Both the position numbers and the translations under genes were made by a program. The notes under the pieces are model-generated. The model had not been told where the DNA came from, made no database searches, and was given only the letters and a program-made list of their open reading frames with translations. From Mayamaea pseudoterrestris (lineage: Eukaryota): a stretch of 64,000 nucleotides of DNA. Positions 1-12,986 of this stretch are shown piece by piece. The stretch is taken from the NCBI GenBank assembly GCA_027923505.1, contig BROI01000009.1, positions 682,001-746,000 on the forward strand, given 5' to 3'. Each line of letters begins with the position of its first letter. Position 1 is the first letter of the stretch.

Positions 1-436
1 TCACCAGAGTCACTAGACGGGTCTTTTCTCTTCTTCGCGTAGGGATTGGCGAGAGGCATGGAATTTACCAAACTGCTAGAGACGTGCAATGTGGATGATG
101 AATGACATGTCATCGTGACTGCTCATTCATCTCGCAAGATTTTGGCGCGCCCAAATTCGTCGAGCTCGTCGATTGACGGTGAGACGCGACGCTTGGTTGA
201 TGGGTATCCATTGCAAGTGACTGCACATGCAAAAGGTATCTTCCATGTCGCATCGAAAAACTTGGCTAGATGGAAAAATGACTCTTGCGAGCCAGCCGGC
301 TGGCCGTTTTTGGTCGCGGTGAATTCGTCGCTGCGTGACTCTGCCACAATTTGCCGGTTTCTCATTTCCGTCGTCGAGTCGAGCAAACGACACAAAAGCA
401 ATCCAAACAACTTACAAACAAAATCAGTAAACAAAG

Positions 437-2001
437 ATGATGTACGGAGACTTTGTCTTTCACCAAGGTGCTAGTCGCAGCGGCGGATTGATGATGGACG
501 CATCGAATCATGGAAATTCTTCGTCGTCCTTAAAATACAGTCATAACGACGCCACGACGAATCCCTTTAGCAGTTATCGGCGCTCCTATTCTACAAACAG
601 CGACTCAATGCTTTACTATAAGGACAAGCCAGTGCATAAGGAGAGTCGACTGCTCAATTATTTGCAAAAACTGTTGAATGAACCATGGAACGTTGTCGCT
701 TTGCTTTTGTTCCTTGGCGTCATTGCAGGCTGCCATCAGCGCGCCACGAAAGCATGGCTGCTCAAGGAGTTTCATTCGCAATCATATCACGAAGCCGTCA
801 GTATTTGGCAGGAGGTGCAGCAGGATCATTTGGAGCTGGCCAACGAATTCGATCAGCTTTATACAGCACAAACTAAGTGGGAGCACCGCGACCTTGCATG
901 GCGCACGCATGTGCAAAGACTGCACAACTTTACACAGCGCGAGAGTCGACGAGCTGTTCTTGACAAGTGAGTATTATAACAAAGTGGAGGTTCATCAATG
1001 CCCTTGACGTAGTTGACCAATTAGTGCTGCCACTAACAGGAACTCAACTCATGCAACTCCGTCTCATTCATCAATGTTGCAGATTCGGACCTGGGCCGCA
1101 CCATGTTTCCATCAAAGTCGTTTTACCTAGCGACAATCCATCGACCATTACTATCAATCCCGAAACGCAACTACTTGAACTGCCAAAGCACGATCCGTCC
1201 AAGGTGCGAAGCTTTCAAGTCGAGCTTGCTCCACTTTCCGAAATGCCGCACGCCGTTCACTTGTTCTTGGAGCAAGTCTCGCACAAACTTTGGGACAAGG
1301 CTAGCAGCTTTTACGTTAACCACGACCATGTCATGCAGGCGGGTCCTCGTACTCGTGAGGCGAGGCAGCACTTTACCGACTACAACCTTGAAAAGTTGGC
1401 GTTTCCGGAATACTCTCACGCGTTTCCGCACAAGCAATGGACGCTTGGATTTGCCGGTCGACCGGGTGGTCCAAGTTTCTATATAAATAAAATAAACAAC
1501 GAGGAGGACCATGGCCCATTTGGACAGGAGCACCACGCACTTGACGAGTTTGCTGACTCTTGCTTTGCAAAGATTGTTTCAGGCTTTGATACATTGTCGG
1601 AAATTATTCGCCAAACGGATGGCCAGCATCATACGCAGATTGTTGGTATGGAAGTTGTTTCCTGGAGCGACCACTGGACGGACAGTCAAGATGCGCATTG
1701 GCGAACCGCGCATCAACAATTTGACGATGTAAGCCTTGATAGCACGGATGACGCACTGTTTGCGGATGAGAATAGCGCAACGGGAACGCCGGCTGCTTCC
1801 AAAGCCTCGAATGAGATTCTCCAGCAACAATCACCGCAACACGTTGAACCAGTACACCATCACGCGCATGGCCAAGTGCAGCAAATGCTTGTACAACGAG
1901 ACGACGAACTGCAACCTCGTCATCACCGGCCGCCGTCGCACTACAACCACCACGCCGCGCGACATCTGGAAGGCTTCCATGAGACGCATGTGAAACACTA
2001 A
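437..2001 (+). CDS. Membrane-anchored cyclophilin-like-domain protein (N-terminal TM, coiled coil, His-rich tail); 2 exons 437-966, 1083-2001
   Basis: GTGAGT donor at 967 and TGCAG acceptor at 1082 join the two ORFs in frame (DK|FGPGPH). The motifs ELAPLSEMPHAVHLFL, FPH..WTLGFAGRPGGPSFYIN and ADSCFAKIVSG resemble a cyclophilin-like fold. Confidence 0.65.
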
Positions 2002-2634
2002 CACCAGCTACAAAAGCAGCACATGCTTCACGAGTAGATGGGGTGAATTAAATATCTATCTCGACTCCTCTGCCGCCTTTGTTACATGCTCCAATATAAG
2101 ATAGCATTCGTAACCAATAAATCTTATGATTCGCACATGACATACGCTTTTTACGGTATGATAGTCTCCCATCATCGCATGGCCTTGAGTGTGCCACGAT
2201 ATATCTTGCGCTCAGAACATGTGGAGCTTGCGACGATGGACATGGGTTAAACAAACTGGTATCGTCGAAACTTAGCTCCATGTAGAAATGCGGATCAGGG
2301 GTAGGTCGCGCACTCTGCCGAGAATAATGAGCCTTTGCCGCCTGCGGGAGTATTTGGATCCGGACGCATCCAATACTATATGACGATTGTGCTTGAGCGA
2401 ACTAAAAAATTAGTCCCCAACCCTTTTATGGAAAGCGCATCTACCGTAGAATGACAAGGTCTCGAGCACTGCTGTTTGTACCATTCTCAGTTCTGACTTC
2501 TAACGTCTTGACTGGAATAAACTTCATCGGCTGTATTGCCGAAAATTAACGCCACTCCAATCATTTACTAGTTTGATTCTTTCACTATATTTAGAGCTAA
2601 GTTTGTTATTAATTCGCGCCAGCGAAAAGCAAGA

Positions 2635-3396
2635 CTAGACACGCATGCGCTTGCTGGCCGGTTCCATGTCCTCGTCCATGTCTTCACTCGCTCCATCATT
2701 GCCACGGTTGTTGTTTGTCATATCCGACTCACTGCCTTTATGGTAGTTGTGTGATCCCGATCGAGGAGCCGTCAAGGGAGCATTGACGTCAACCATGCCA
2801 GAGGTTCCATCCTCATCACTCCGACCTCGCTTACCGCTGCTGTTGCGGCGATCGACATCATCCCGATGCACCTTTCTGCGCTTGTCGTCGCGAACTTGTC
2901 CTCCGGTAACTCCGCGACCATATTGTCGTCCAGGCTGAAAACCAGCGTCAAGCTCGACGCGAATGACCTTCGTATCCAACTTTGTATTCGTCAACAAGGA
3001 AACGGCCGCCAGTGCATCGGCGCGAAACTGATACTCCACAAAACAGAATCCGCATGGAGTCTTCTTGACGCGATCCAGTCCCATTTGGATGCGAACAACC
3101 GGTCCAATCGTTTCAAAGTGTGCTCGAACATGGCGCGAGCGAGCTCCAAAACTTAGATTTCCAACATAAACTGTGGACGACCGACCGAGAGCTTCAAGCT
3201 GTCGCGCGGGAGATTCGTAGTGCGAGCGATCCCAGTAGAGCATAGGTGCATTGTCAGCATCATTGGCAGCAAAAAAAATGTCAGCAGCTCGGCGATGCGG
3301 CGCAAGACGGGGATTCGAAACAGAAACAACGTCGGTCGAGCCACTTTCAGCTGCTGCAGCTGCAGGGAGACTAACACTTGCGCTTTCAATTTCCAT
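2635..3396 (-). CDS. NCBP2: Nuclear cap-binding protein subunit 2 (CBP20)
   Basis: RRM with SSTVYVGNLSF, MGLDRVKKTPCGFCFVEY and DAGFQPGRQYGRGVTGGQVRD, all typical of CBP20. Confidence 0.95.
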   Translation of the reverse strand: MEIESASVSLPAAAAAESGSTDVVSVSNPRLAPHRRAADIFFAANDADNAPMLYWDRSHYESPARQLEALGRSSTVYVGNLSFGARSRHVRAHFETIGPVVRIQMGLDRVKKTPCGFCFVEYQFRADALAAVSLLTNTKLDTKVIRVELDAGFQPGRQYGRGVTGGQVRDDKRRKVHRDDVDRRNSSGKRGRSDEDGTSGMVDVNAPLTAPRSGSHNYHKGSESDMTNNNRGNDGASEDMDEDMEPASKRMRV

Positions 3397-3578
3397 TATA
3401 ACAGCTCCGAGTAAGATAAGACGAATATTGCCAATCGTTGTCCTCTTTGAAATTCAGCTTGCCAAACAACGCCGCACTACCATGGTGAATGGTTGCGATT
3501 TGATCCGCGGCGAAAGGTAGTACTGTTGCGACAAAGATTGTTCGCCATTCATATCGCACCGTTACTGTTATCGCCGAT

Positions 3579-4348
3579 CCTAAAGCTACGTACGCAAAAA
3601 TGTAGTCATCATGTAGAAAGAATCGTTGACTTCAGGTGTTGCGTTGCAAATAAGCATCTATTAACGTTTACATAATGCTCTTTGTCAACATGGAATGCCC
3701 TCGACTTTGGCTTTTCAGGATGTATTCATCGCGCGCCAATGGACAGGGGGTCGTCGCCAATGATGTCGTCGCCAAGGCCTCGGAGACGACTACCAATAGA
3801 CAGCAGGTGTTTGGGGCTTCAAGCATGGAATGCTTGTACCAGACGAAGCATGCGCCTTTACGCGCAGAGTGGGAATGAGCGGCGTTCGGAACACATTGCG
3901 TGGTTTCGGAAAGCGTATCTGGCGTTACATCATGGTAGTATCGACGGAAGCATTGAAATGATGATGACTAAGCAGCCAGTGCCTCAGAACAGCGGTTCTG
4001 ATCCGTTGGAAGTTAGTGGCGCCAAGATTATGCTCGCATGCTTGCGGGGCAATGTAGCAAGTGCGCTCAAACGACCACTCGCCGAGGTACTACAGATCCC
4101 AGAAGTCTTCCGAGGTTCACCATGTAACGTTTTCGTAAGATAGCCGACAACTAGTCAAACTTTTTCCGAACTTGATTTGCTATGTTGATATATAGTGCAA
4201 AGTTACTAGTGTGTCGCTGTCCTAAAGCTACGCAAAGTAGTCATCATGTAGAAAGGATCGTTGCATTCAGTGTCGCGTTGCAAATAAGCATCTATTAATA
4301 TTTACACACTCCCCGTCAAACATGGAATGCCCTCGACTTTGGCTTTTC
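3579..4348. repeat. Imperfect ~135-bp direct repeat, copies at 3579-3716 and 4221-4348
   Basis: Both copies read CCTAAAGCTACG..TAGTCATCATGTAGAAAG..GCGTTGCAAATAAGCATCTATTAA..CATGGAATGCCCTCGACTTTGGCTTTTC. Confidence 0.9.
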
Positions 4349-4355
4349 TGGCATT

Positions 4356-5622
4356 TTACAAGTGAAAAGCGTTAGCAAACTCCAGGTTTGACAACGTGTC
4401 TCGCACTGCCCTGTGCTGATCTCCAAGGACTGACTGTTGAATGAGCAGAGCTTCCTCCAATAATGACAGCGCATTTTCGTAATCCTTGAGCGCAAGCATG
4501 AGATACCCACAGTTGCAAATGACGATTGCAACGTGCAACAAATCCAAATCAGCTTGAGCCGACGATCCAATCGCCATTTGCTGTAACTCATCTGCTTCTT
4601 GCAAGAGCGAGAGAGCTTTATCATGATTGCCAAGCTCGAAATGACAGCAAGCCATATAGTTCAAAACCATGGCTTGCTGAGGCCGACGCGACATATCGTG
4701 AAGCCGGTTGCGAACCGCAAGGGCCTCTTTAAAACATGCAATGGCGCCTTCAAAGTCACTCTTGGCAAAGAGCTGAATGCCTAATTCATCACACGAGAGT
4801 GCCACCTCGGGATTATTCTCCCCAAACGCCACCGTCTTCAAGTGAATAGCCTTTCGAAAGTAGGTAATGGCATCGTCAGGTCGTCCAGCAAGGATACTGA
4901 CAACACCAAGATTGTGAGCCGTGATGCCTGCCAAATATTTATTGTTTCCTCGATTTGGTCGTGCCATTTGTACCCCTAGGTCACCAGCAAACTTCTCTAA
5001 AAGTACCTTGTAGCGCTTGTTCTAAAAGTAATGGACTCGTTAGTGCTTTATATGAGTCCCATACGTAATCACATTGCAAACGCACCTTTGTATGTTCTAC
5101 AATCTCAGCTAATGTAACACTAAGATTGTTGGGATGCCGCATATTCCACACGTCGAGGGGAACAGTCTCGGCAACCTTGATCTGGCCAATCTCCATGAAT
5201 CGATTCTCAGCCATTATGGGCGGTATATCGATCAAATACCCAACCGAAATCATTCTCTCCGTGCGCGTCGTGAGTTGTTCAAGCGTGTCGTAAACTCGTT
5301 CATGAGGCGTCAGCTCATCGACGAGAGCACCAAGTCCGATGAACCGAAGACCATGAAGCTCAACGAATTGCAATGACGTCGCCATGACTTGATCCTTTGG
5401 TTCGGCGTTGGGAAAACTTGTGCAAACAATTCCGCAATTACCAAGAAGAGCTGTAACAAGGTCAATGCGTTTAGAGGATGGCTGATTTGGCCCGACTCCA
5501 TAAACTTTTGTTGTTGCAACAGAACCTTTTTGAATCGTCGGCGGAAGGGTTCCGCAAGCAACTAGGCGCCGCAAGGGACTTTCGGTCTCCTTATATTCGC
5601 CAGATTCTGCACTGACGTTCAT
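4356..5622 (-). CDS. TPR-repeat protein (kinesin-light-chain-like TPRs); exons 5622-5086, 5022-4356
   Basis: A GTGCGT..TTTTAG intron joins EHTK|NKRYKVLL in frame. Repeats such as AHNLGVVSILAGRPDDAITYFRKA and LEEALLIQQSVLGDQHRAV are TPR-like. Confidence 0.8.
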
Positions 5623-7355
5623 CGTTTTCTTGCTAGCGAGGCAATTTGCCGACGGACAATAATGGAAGAAGAAAGATCGGACTGGTATGCGTGTTGTGGT
5701 ATGTGGTCGCAGCAACTGGAATTGCAAGTCTCACTGTCAAGTCATGAGGGAAACGGAGCAGGCCGTCGTCGCCAAAACCCGCCTGGCGTGGCGCGGCCCG
5801 CGCGTGAACTGATGCGTTTCTCTGCACCACACAATCGTTCCATTCACTCCATTCTCGCCTTTCCATCGTTCCCTTGGAGATGCTCGATGATCCAATTCGA
5901 TCCATACTTTGAGCATAGCTGCATATACCAAGCACTGATAAACATGCCTGCCTGTTTCAGATTTGCTGATGAACAAAGCGCACGCATTTGGTGGTGATGC
6001 ATCTACGTTGGTGCATGGTGCATCCCTACGATTCCGATGACGACTCATTCAGCGCTACCTGACATTACAAAAGACATGCTGCGCTTTTCCTTTAAAATGA
6101 TCAGCCGACGATCTTCAGGGACACAATCGTCTACTCACAAAGTAAGTGGCGGAATGAGCATTCTCTGTCATTATATGGCTGCAAAGGATGCTTGTCAATG
6201 CCGTTTACCTGTCGGACTGTAATACCTGGCGAAAACCTATGCTTATTTGACTCCTGATGCATTGCGATGTCGTTATGTGCCAGAAGAAACGTTACACCGA
6301 CCACTTACGTCATTTCCTCTTCAATTGCAGCTCTGCGATGATTGGCGCGCGGAACGAACGAGAGAGATATGCGCAATATGCGAGCAGATTCCTCTCGAAG
6401 CTCTTTTTTGCAGGTTATCGAGGTACACGCACTATAAAAGAATCAATGGTATGTTCGGGGTGCTGTGTATTTGGTACTGTGCATACCCAGTCAACCAAAT
6501 TTAGAATGTGGCGAGTAACACACTGCAACATTCATCGTTATGACTGGTAGAGAAATGGCTTGTACAAGACAGGCTATGCGCATATCCATGCCAGTGTCTG
6601 TAAGAAACCTTGTCAACATCTCTTGCGAATCTTCTCACATGAGTTTGTGTCAACGATTGTTCTTGACAGAAAAGATTTGACGCTCCACGTTTCATTCGTT
6701 CGATGAATTCGAGTAGACCTACCTCATCTTTAAATATCTTTGTTTACACACCATGGCTATCTTCTACATTTATATAGGACTTCTTGGCCCATGGCATTCG
6801 ATGGCAGCCCCTACTAAAAAATGGCAATGAGGGGTGTAGCCTTTTTTCAGTGCCGGGCTGACAGATCTGATGTCGCAGCCTCACTGTCAACGCCGCGCTG
6901 CAGCAGCACTCTTCTCGATTGAATTGCCTCTCGACGCAAGGAAAGGGTTGACCATGGCCGACGAGGTAGGTGCATCTTCATTGTTAAACGCGTTAGCTAA
7001 GATTTGTCGCACGAAAGTGTTTTCGGTCTGCGGTCTGGGTCGGAGCGTTGCTATGTAGCCCTGTGCTGCACTTCTTGGCAGCAACTGGAATGGACGAGGC
7101 ACGAGGCAAGGCTGAAATTCAAAGGCGACAATTGGAAGTTGACTGTACGACTGAAGACGCAGTTCATCATCTTGCTTTGACCCGCAAGCAGTATCGATCT
7201 ATTTTACTATTGAACTTATGGCTCGAATCTTATATGTTGGTTACTTTCTCTTCTCATTCTTGGTGTCCTCATTCTGTTGACAGCACAACAATGATATCCA
7301 GCAAGGACGATTGCTCGACACCAGAGAAGCAGGAGAGAAAACCAAAGACATTGAA

Positions 7356-8689
7356 ATGTGCGCCGGAGCTGTGGATGATGTTGTCAATGCATTTTTGACA
7401 GCATCTGTTTCCGTAGAAAGGCAAGGCAATCATAACAAGCGCAAGCGCTCCATTCCAACACCCCTAGCAAATCCACACCAACTGCGGAAGAACCCTCATG
7501 CTCCAAAGAGATTTAAGAGCAGCTATATATGCTTCTTCATAGCGAAGCAAGCAGGGATAAAGCAGGAGCTTGGTGAATCAGCAACGGTAGCTGAGATATC
7601 GCGTCAATCAGCCATTCTCTGGAAACGTCTTTCGGAAACGGAGCGAAAGCACTGGGAGGAAATGGCTACCAAGGACAAGGAACGTTACAATATCGAAAAG
7701 GCAACCTACACGGGGCCTTGGCAAGTTTCTACCAAGCGTGCCAAAAAGGAGTAAGTGTAGTGTCTGCTTTCTCGGGTTCGTGGCCACTTCTGTGCGTCAA
7801 ATCTGATGGCTGATTCTCCTCTCATCCCAACTTAGCCCCAGCGCACCGAAGCGTCCAATGTCTGCTTTTCTTTACTTTGCTCAGGAACATCGGAGCCAGA
7901 TCAAGCATGCTCATCCGGATACGAAGAATACTGATATTTCGAAACAGCTTGGCGAAATGTGGCGCAGCTTGACCGAAGCTGTCAGAAAACCGTATATTGA
8001 TCAAGAAAGGACTGCACGCGAACAGTACAAAATAGATATCAATGAGTGGCGCAAGGAACATGAGGCCAAAGTGACGGAGGAGCGAGAGCGGGCACATGTC
8101 GGCATGGGCCATGTTTATCCAACGCAGTTTGGCTACGCGGCGGAGCACCCGTACGGAGTCATGCCTGTGCATGCATATGCTGGCGTCCACTCACCCTATG
8201 GGCGCCCAATGCCAACGCCCTATGGATATTGTAAGCTGCAATTAGGATTATAAGGCTGGGCATACCTTACATCAACTAACAATTTCCCTATTCTCTTTAG
8301 CCGCCCCGTCGTACAATACGTTTCATGCGCCGCCTCGGTTGGGGCCGATCCAATTTAACCAAGGGGGTGCTGGAGGAAGTAACAAGCCAATTGTGCTTGG
8401 ACCTAACGGAATGCCGGCTGTCCAGGGTGGGCACTATGGCGCTCACAGCGATCTTGCCGCCAATCACGGTCACCTTCATATACATCATCAACATCACTTT
8501 CACAATGATTTATCAAGAGGCGAAGCAGATGCACCGCCGTCTCCCGAGCCCTCTGAGCACGAGTACGATCAAGAGGACGATGGCGATGGCGAGCAAGATG
8601 ATCATCATTCTAGTGAAGAGGAAGCGGACAATGCGTTGACCTATAACTTCGTCAGAGGAACCGATCTAACTGAGCCAGCGTTGTTGTGA
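7356..8689 (+). CDS. HMG-box protein with two HMG boxes; exons ~7356-7750, 7836-8229, 8301-8689 (start uncertain)
   Basis: KNPHAPKRFKSSYICF and D|PSAPKRPMSAFLYFAQ box starts; canonical GTAAG..TAG introns. Confidence 0.85.
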
Positions 8690-8808
8690 GCAAGCGATCA
8701 ACGATGCGCAATTTCATATTGCCGCGTGGATTGGTCGGATTGCATCTAAATTCTAATCATAAATGGACGTGTTGTTTAGCGTACATGACAAATAATTGAT
8801 TAGCGTTA

Positions 8809-10482
8809 TTATTGCCGCCGGCTCAAAAAGTCTGGCACGTCGGATCCTGGCCTTCCGAAGAGCGAAGATGATGGCGGGGCAGGCGAATCTCGACTATTGA
8901 ATCCGGTCGCCAGCACAGTGATGGACACTTCATTCTCCATTTCATCATCCACTAATGCACCGAAGATCACGTTGGCATCTTCATGAACATTGTCATAAAT
9001 TACGCGCGCTGCCTTGTTAACATCTTGCAGCGACAAATTCCGTGGTCCCATAATGTTAAATACAACACCAGTGGCATCACTGACCGGCTCGTCGAGCAGT
9101 GGGGAACTGATCGCGGCAATCGCAGCGTCTTCGGCGCTCGTTCTGTGATAAGATAGAGCGACGCTCAATTCAGTTCACAAACATATCAGAAGTCAAACTG
9201 GACGCTCATCTGATGCAAACACTTACTTTCCGACACCAGTTCCAATACCCATGAGCGCATTGCCAGCATCCTTCATTACTGATCGCACATCCGCAAAGTC
9301 GACGTTGATCAATCCTGGACGTACAATGATTTCACTGATACCAACAACACCTGAAAACAGAAAAACTTAAGGTGTTAACGTGTTGACCACACGAAGACCT
9401 TTTGTAAAAACGGGGGAGCTCAACGTACCCTGTCGCAAAATGTCGTCGGCCACACGAAATGCTGCAGTAACGGGCGTGTCATCGGGAATAATCTCTAGTA
9501 GCTTATTGTTGCTGACAATGATGACCGTGTCAACATTCTTCTTGAGCTCGTTAATGGCATCAGTCGCCTGTTGCATGCGCCGTCGTCCTTCAAAGGCAAA
9601 GGGCTTCGTCACGATTGCGACCGTCAATGCTCCACTCTTCTTAGCAATTCCAGCCACGACAGGTGCCTATATTTGAAAGTAATTAAGTTGATGAGTTGGA
9701 TCAGCCACCGATTTGTTTCAGCTGCAGTTGTGGTAGAAGCAACGTCATTTATCAGCAACGCAGCGAAACTACGTACCGCTCCACTGCCAGTGCCGCCACC
9801 CATACCAGACGTGATAAAGCACAGATCTGTCCCTTGCACCATGGCTTCAATATCCTGCGATGACTCTTCCGCCGCTAATCTTCCAACGTTTGGATCTCCG
9901 CCTGCTCCCAGTCCTCGAGTAACCGCTGCACCAATGTTCAACACTTTGGCGCCCAGCACTTTGGATCTACCGAGCGCTTGGGCATCCGTGTTAATGGCCC
10001 AATAGTCGACACCGCCAACGGCTGTTTCCAACATTCTGTCGACCTGTTCATGCAAGACGGTGTATGAGAATGGAACTAGAAAAGGAACGCTGTATCTTCC
10101 GTCACCTCCTACCGTAGAGACCGCGCATACGTACAGCGTTACACCCTCCTCCGCCGACTCCGAAGACTCGAATGACGCATGGACTTAATCCACCTTCTGG
10201 ATACAGTGGTCGCGCTGACTGCTTCAAAAGAACAGATCTATCGGACTGTGATAAAACATCCTTGGCCTTTCGAAAGCCCAAAAACGTTGCTCGACCTTTG
10301 CCAGTTCGCGACAGTTGCTGCGGCTCTCGACTATGCAGTATTTGTGAATCGTCATTCTTATTGTTAATTTTAGCTAGCAGATGCGTCGTTGTTGATTGTC
10401 GAGTACAAGATGATGGCAAGTAGGCAAAAGCCAATGTCGTCGTGGCGAAAAGTATCGTCAATATCTCCAAACCAAATCTCAT
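8809..10482 (-). CDS. ftsZ: Plastid division GTPase FtsZ; exons 10482-10135, 10043-9777, 9666-9429, 9350-9227, 9142-8809
   Basis: [42 protein letters not shown] and the C-terminal VPDFL core motif; signal peptide plus transit-like N-terminus; four GT-AG introns restore the frame. Confidence 0.97.
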
Positions 10483-11013
10483 GATCAGAAATTCAGTAGC
10501 ACCACCAGAATATCACAGAGAATGAACAGCCTTTTAATGCTTCGTCTTCAGTATGAGTCGACGAAAATGCCGAGTGCAATGCAGTGCAGTGCAGTGCAGC
10601 AGAGCAGCTATGATATCGACAACAAAGTCGAATTGATGATGAGAGGTGCAGGCGCGATGCGACGAGCGTTTGACGCTGCGATGCAACGGCTTCATTGAAA
10701 GCACGGCCGCCAAGTTGAGTTGAAGGCGAATCCGTCACGCGCGCCAGCCGAGCCTTATGGGATGCCAAGCCTTGATCACCAAGCAAACGCACGATGCTCG
10801 ACCTTCTTTCCCATGGCAAATGGGGGAGATAGTTTGACTTCTACAATTGACAGTTTTCAATTTTAGGCTTGACATTTGCTACTAATTAAGACAACATTTT
10901 GCGGATTGACGCATTGGCCCTTGTATTACTCTCCAGTTGATTGTCGCTTAACACTCTCCGATCAGTCGCGATCAGTCGCGATCATCCAAAAGTCTTCCTT
11001 CACAATTGACATC

Positions 11014-11844
11014 ATGATGGAGCATTTAGCTCTACCAAAGCGACTCGCACAAGCTTCAGTATTCCTTGCAGCTATGGTGGCCATGTTACTGTCACAACAT
11101 ACACATTCATTTGTCTTTAATATCCATTCCAATTCGCCCAAGCTGACATCCTTCTATTCGGCCAGTGGAAGCATTAATCCATCGGCAGGGGCAGCATCGT
11201 CGACGCAGCTTAGATTAAGCGAGGCCGAGGAAAGTGCTAATCCGCAAACTTTTCGAGAGGCTGAGATTTTGGGCCTCAAGCTTATGCAAAATGGAAACTA
11301 TCAGGGTGCCATTAAAGGTGAGTCTTTCGTTGACGCAGAAGGGTCAATCGTAGAGCATGCTGTGACTGACGATTGCATCTCAAGTCAAGCAACCAGTGGA
11401 ATGTTACGCGATGATGCTCCTTCATGTCAAATATTCTTTTAATCTGTTCTCCTCACTTCATCTACTGCAGTCTTCAAGAATGGCCTTCGATTGCCAGGTG
11501 CAAAGTATGACGTTGTTCGTTCCAAACGACTACAAGGACCGTCACCGGTGGGCGGATCATTTGGTGGAACGGAAAGTCAAAGCATACAGTCATTGGACGA
11601 GTTTGAGCTGCAGGCGGCGCACTACAACATGGCTTGTGCGCATGCGCAGCTCGGACAAGTTGAGGACGCAATTGCATGTTTGGAAACGGCGCTGCAGCAA
11701 GGATTCGACAACTTTTCCACTATACTTGGCGATCCTGATCTTGAAGTAATACAGAAGGAGGCAGGATTTGTAAAGCTTATGAGCCAGTACAACAAGAACG
11801 ATGATAACAAGAAGGGCTTTTTTGGCTTGTTTGGAAAGTCGTAA
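11014..11844 (+). CDS. Putative plastid-targeted TPR protein; exons 11014-11317, 11471-11844
   Basis: Signal peptide ending THS-FV followed by a Ser-rich transit region; AAHYNMACAHAQLG..A..CLETALQQGF TPR-like motif; GTGAGT..CTGCAG intron. Confidence 0.7.
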
Positions 11845-12005
11845 TTTCAAATCGTTCGACCGACAACTCGCAAGTCGCCAAATTTACAACTGCAAACAGC
11901 GTATACGTGCCATTGGGAGCTGCTAATTCTTTCTATATATCTTAATTAAATTATCTTAAAGATGTAGTTTCAATCAACTAATAACTACGGTAGCTTAGTC
12001 GATGA

Positions 12006-12683
12006 TTAGAGCTCCTCCTTCTTGGCGCCCTTAAGGTACGTGAGCATAGTCTCAGCGTCGCTAACCTCATACGGATCAGGACCACTGTTTTGAATCACAG
12101 GTCCCTCAATGAACATCTTCTCAATGATTCCATCATCAACAACCATGCTGTAACGCCAGCTGCGCTCACCAAACCCGCGCTCGGAAGACCAGACGTTGCT
12201 CATGCCCATGCCGCGCGTAAAGGCGCATGCTCCGTCTGGCACAAGCTTGACTTTCTTGAAGCCCCAAGATCCTGGGGTCTTGTCTTCCTCGAGGCCTTGG
12301 CTGAGTCCCCATTGACGCATGACGAATGCGTCATTGACGCTGAGGCAGTAGACTTCGTCAACTCCAAGGTTCTTCATGTCTCCATACGCCTTCTCATAGC
12401 CTGGCAAATGAGTAGACGAGCAGGTTGGAGTGAATGCTCCGGGGAGAGCGAAAAGGACCACGCGCTTTCCCTTGAAAAGATCGTCGGTGGTGCGATCCTT
12501 CCAGTCAAAGGGGTTTGGGTTGCCAGGATCCTCAATGCGGGCGCGAGTCTTGAAGGTGACTTGAGGAACTTTGTCGCCTTCTTTCTTGGGAGTAGTCCAT
12601 TCCGCCTTGATGTTGCTTGCAGAAAAGCCTTCAGAGGAAGAGATAGAAGCCATGATGACGGCAAGAATGTGCAAGATCTTCAT
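12006..12683 (-). CDS. Type II / Prx5-like peroxiredoxin with signal peptide
   Basis: FALPGAFTPTCS active site, VYCLSVNDAFVM and RSWRYSMVV. Confidence 0.92.
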   Translation of the reverse strand: MKILHILAVIMASISSSEGFSASNIKAEWTTPKKEGDKVPQVTFKTRARIEDPGNPNPFDWKDRTTDDLFKGKRVVLFALPGAFTPTCSSTHLPGYEKAYGDMKNLGVDEVYCLSVNDAFVMRQWGLSQGLEEDKTPGSWGFKKVKLVPDGACAFTRGMGMSNVWSSERGFGERSWRYSMVVDDGIIEKMFIEGPVIQNSGPDPYEVSDAETMLTYLKGAKKEEL

Positions 12684-12986
12684 GGAAATGAGCTTGGTTC
12701 GCTGCGCAACAAAAGATCGGGTGTTTGTGCAGTCTCAAAGGAAGTCGTCGGAAGGCACGTGATGAATGGCTTGGAACGAAAACACGTCAGTGCGCGTGAT
12801 GCCGCGTGGAATGTTGCCCTTAACTATGGGTGCCAGTGCGATAAGATCCAAAGAGTATCGTAGCAGTTTCTGCTGTGATGTGCAGAACGACCATGAGGAT
12901 TACATCCTTCAGAGTCGCGACCACTTTGCAAATCCGGCGAGTTGTATTATCAAACGCAGATGCACTATTCGCGATTTGTTTATCAA

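Noticed and set aside
3682..4143. 153-aa ORF between the direct repeats
   Set aside because: No recognisable domain, and it starts inside the repeat copy.
10573..10605. (GTGCA)n microsatellite upstream of ftsZ
   Set aside because: Short simple repeat with no evidence of function.
12090..12863. 257-aa plus-strand ORF
   Set aside because: Antisense shadow of the peroxiredoxin.
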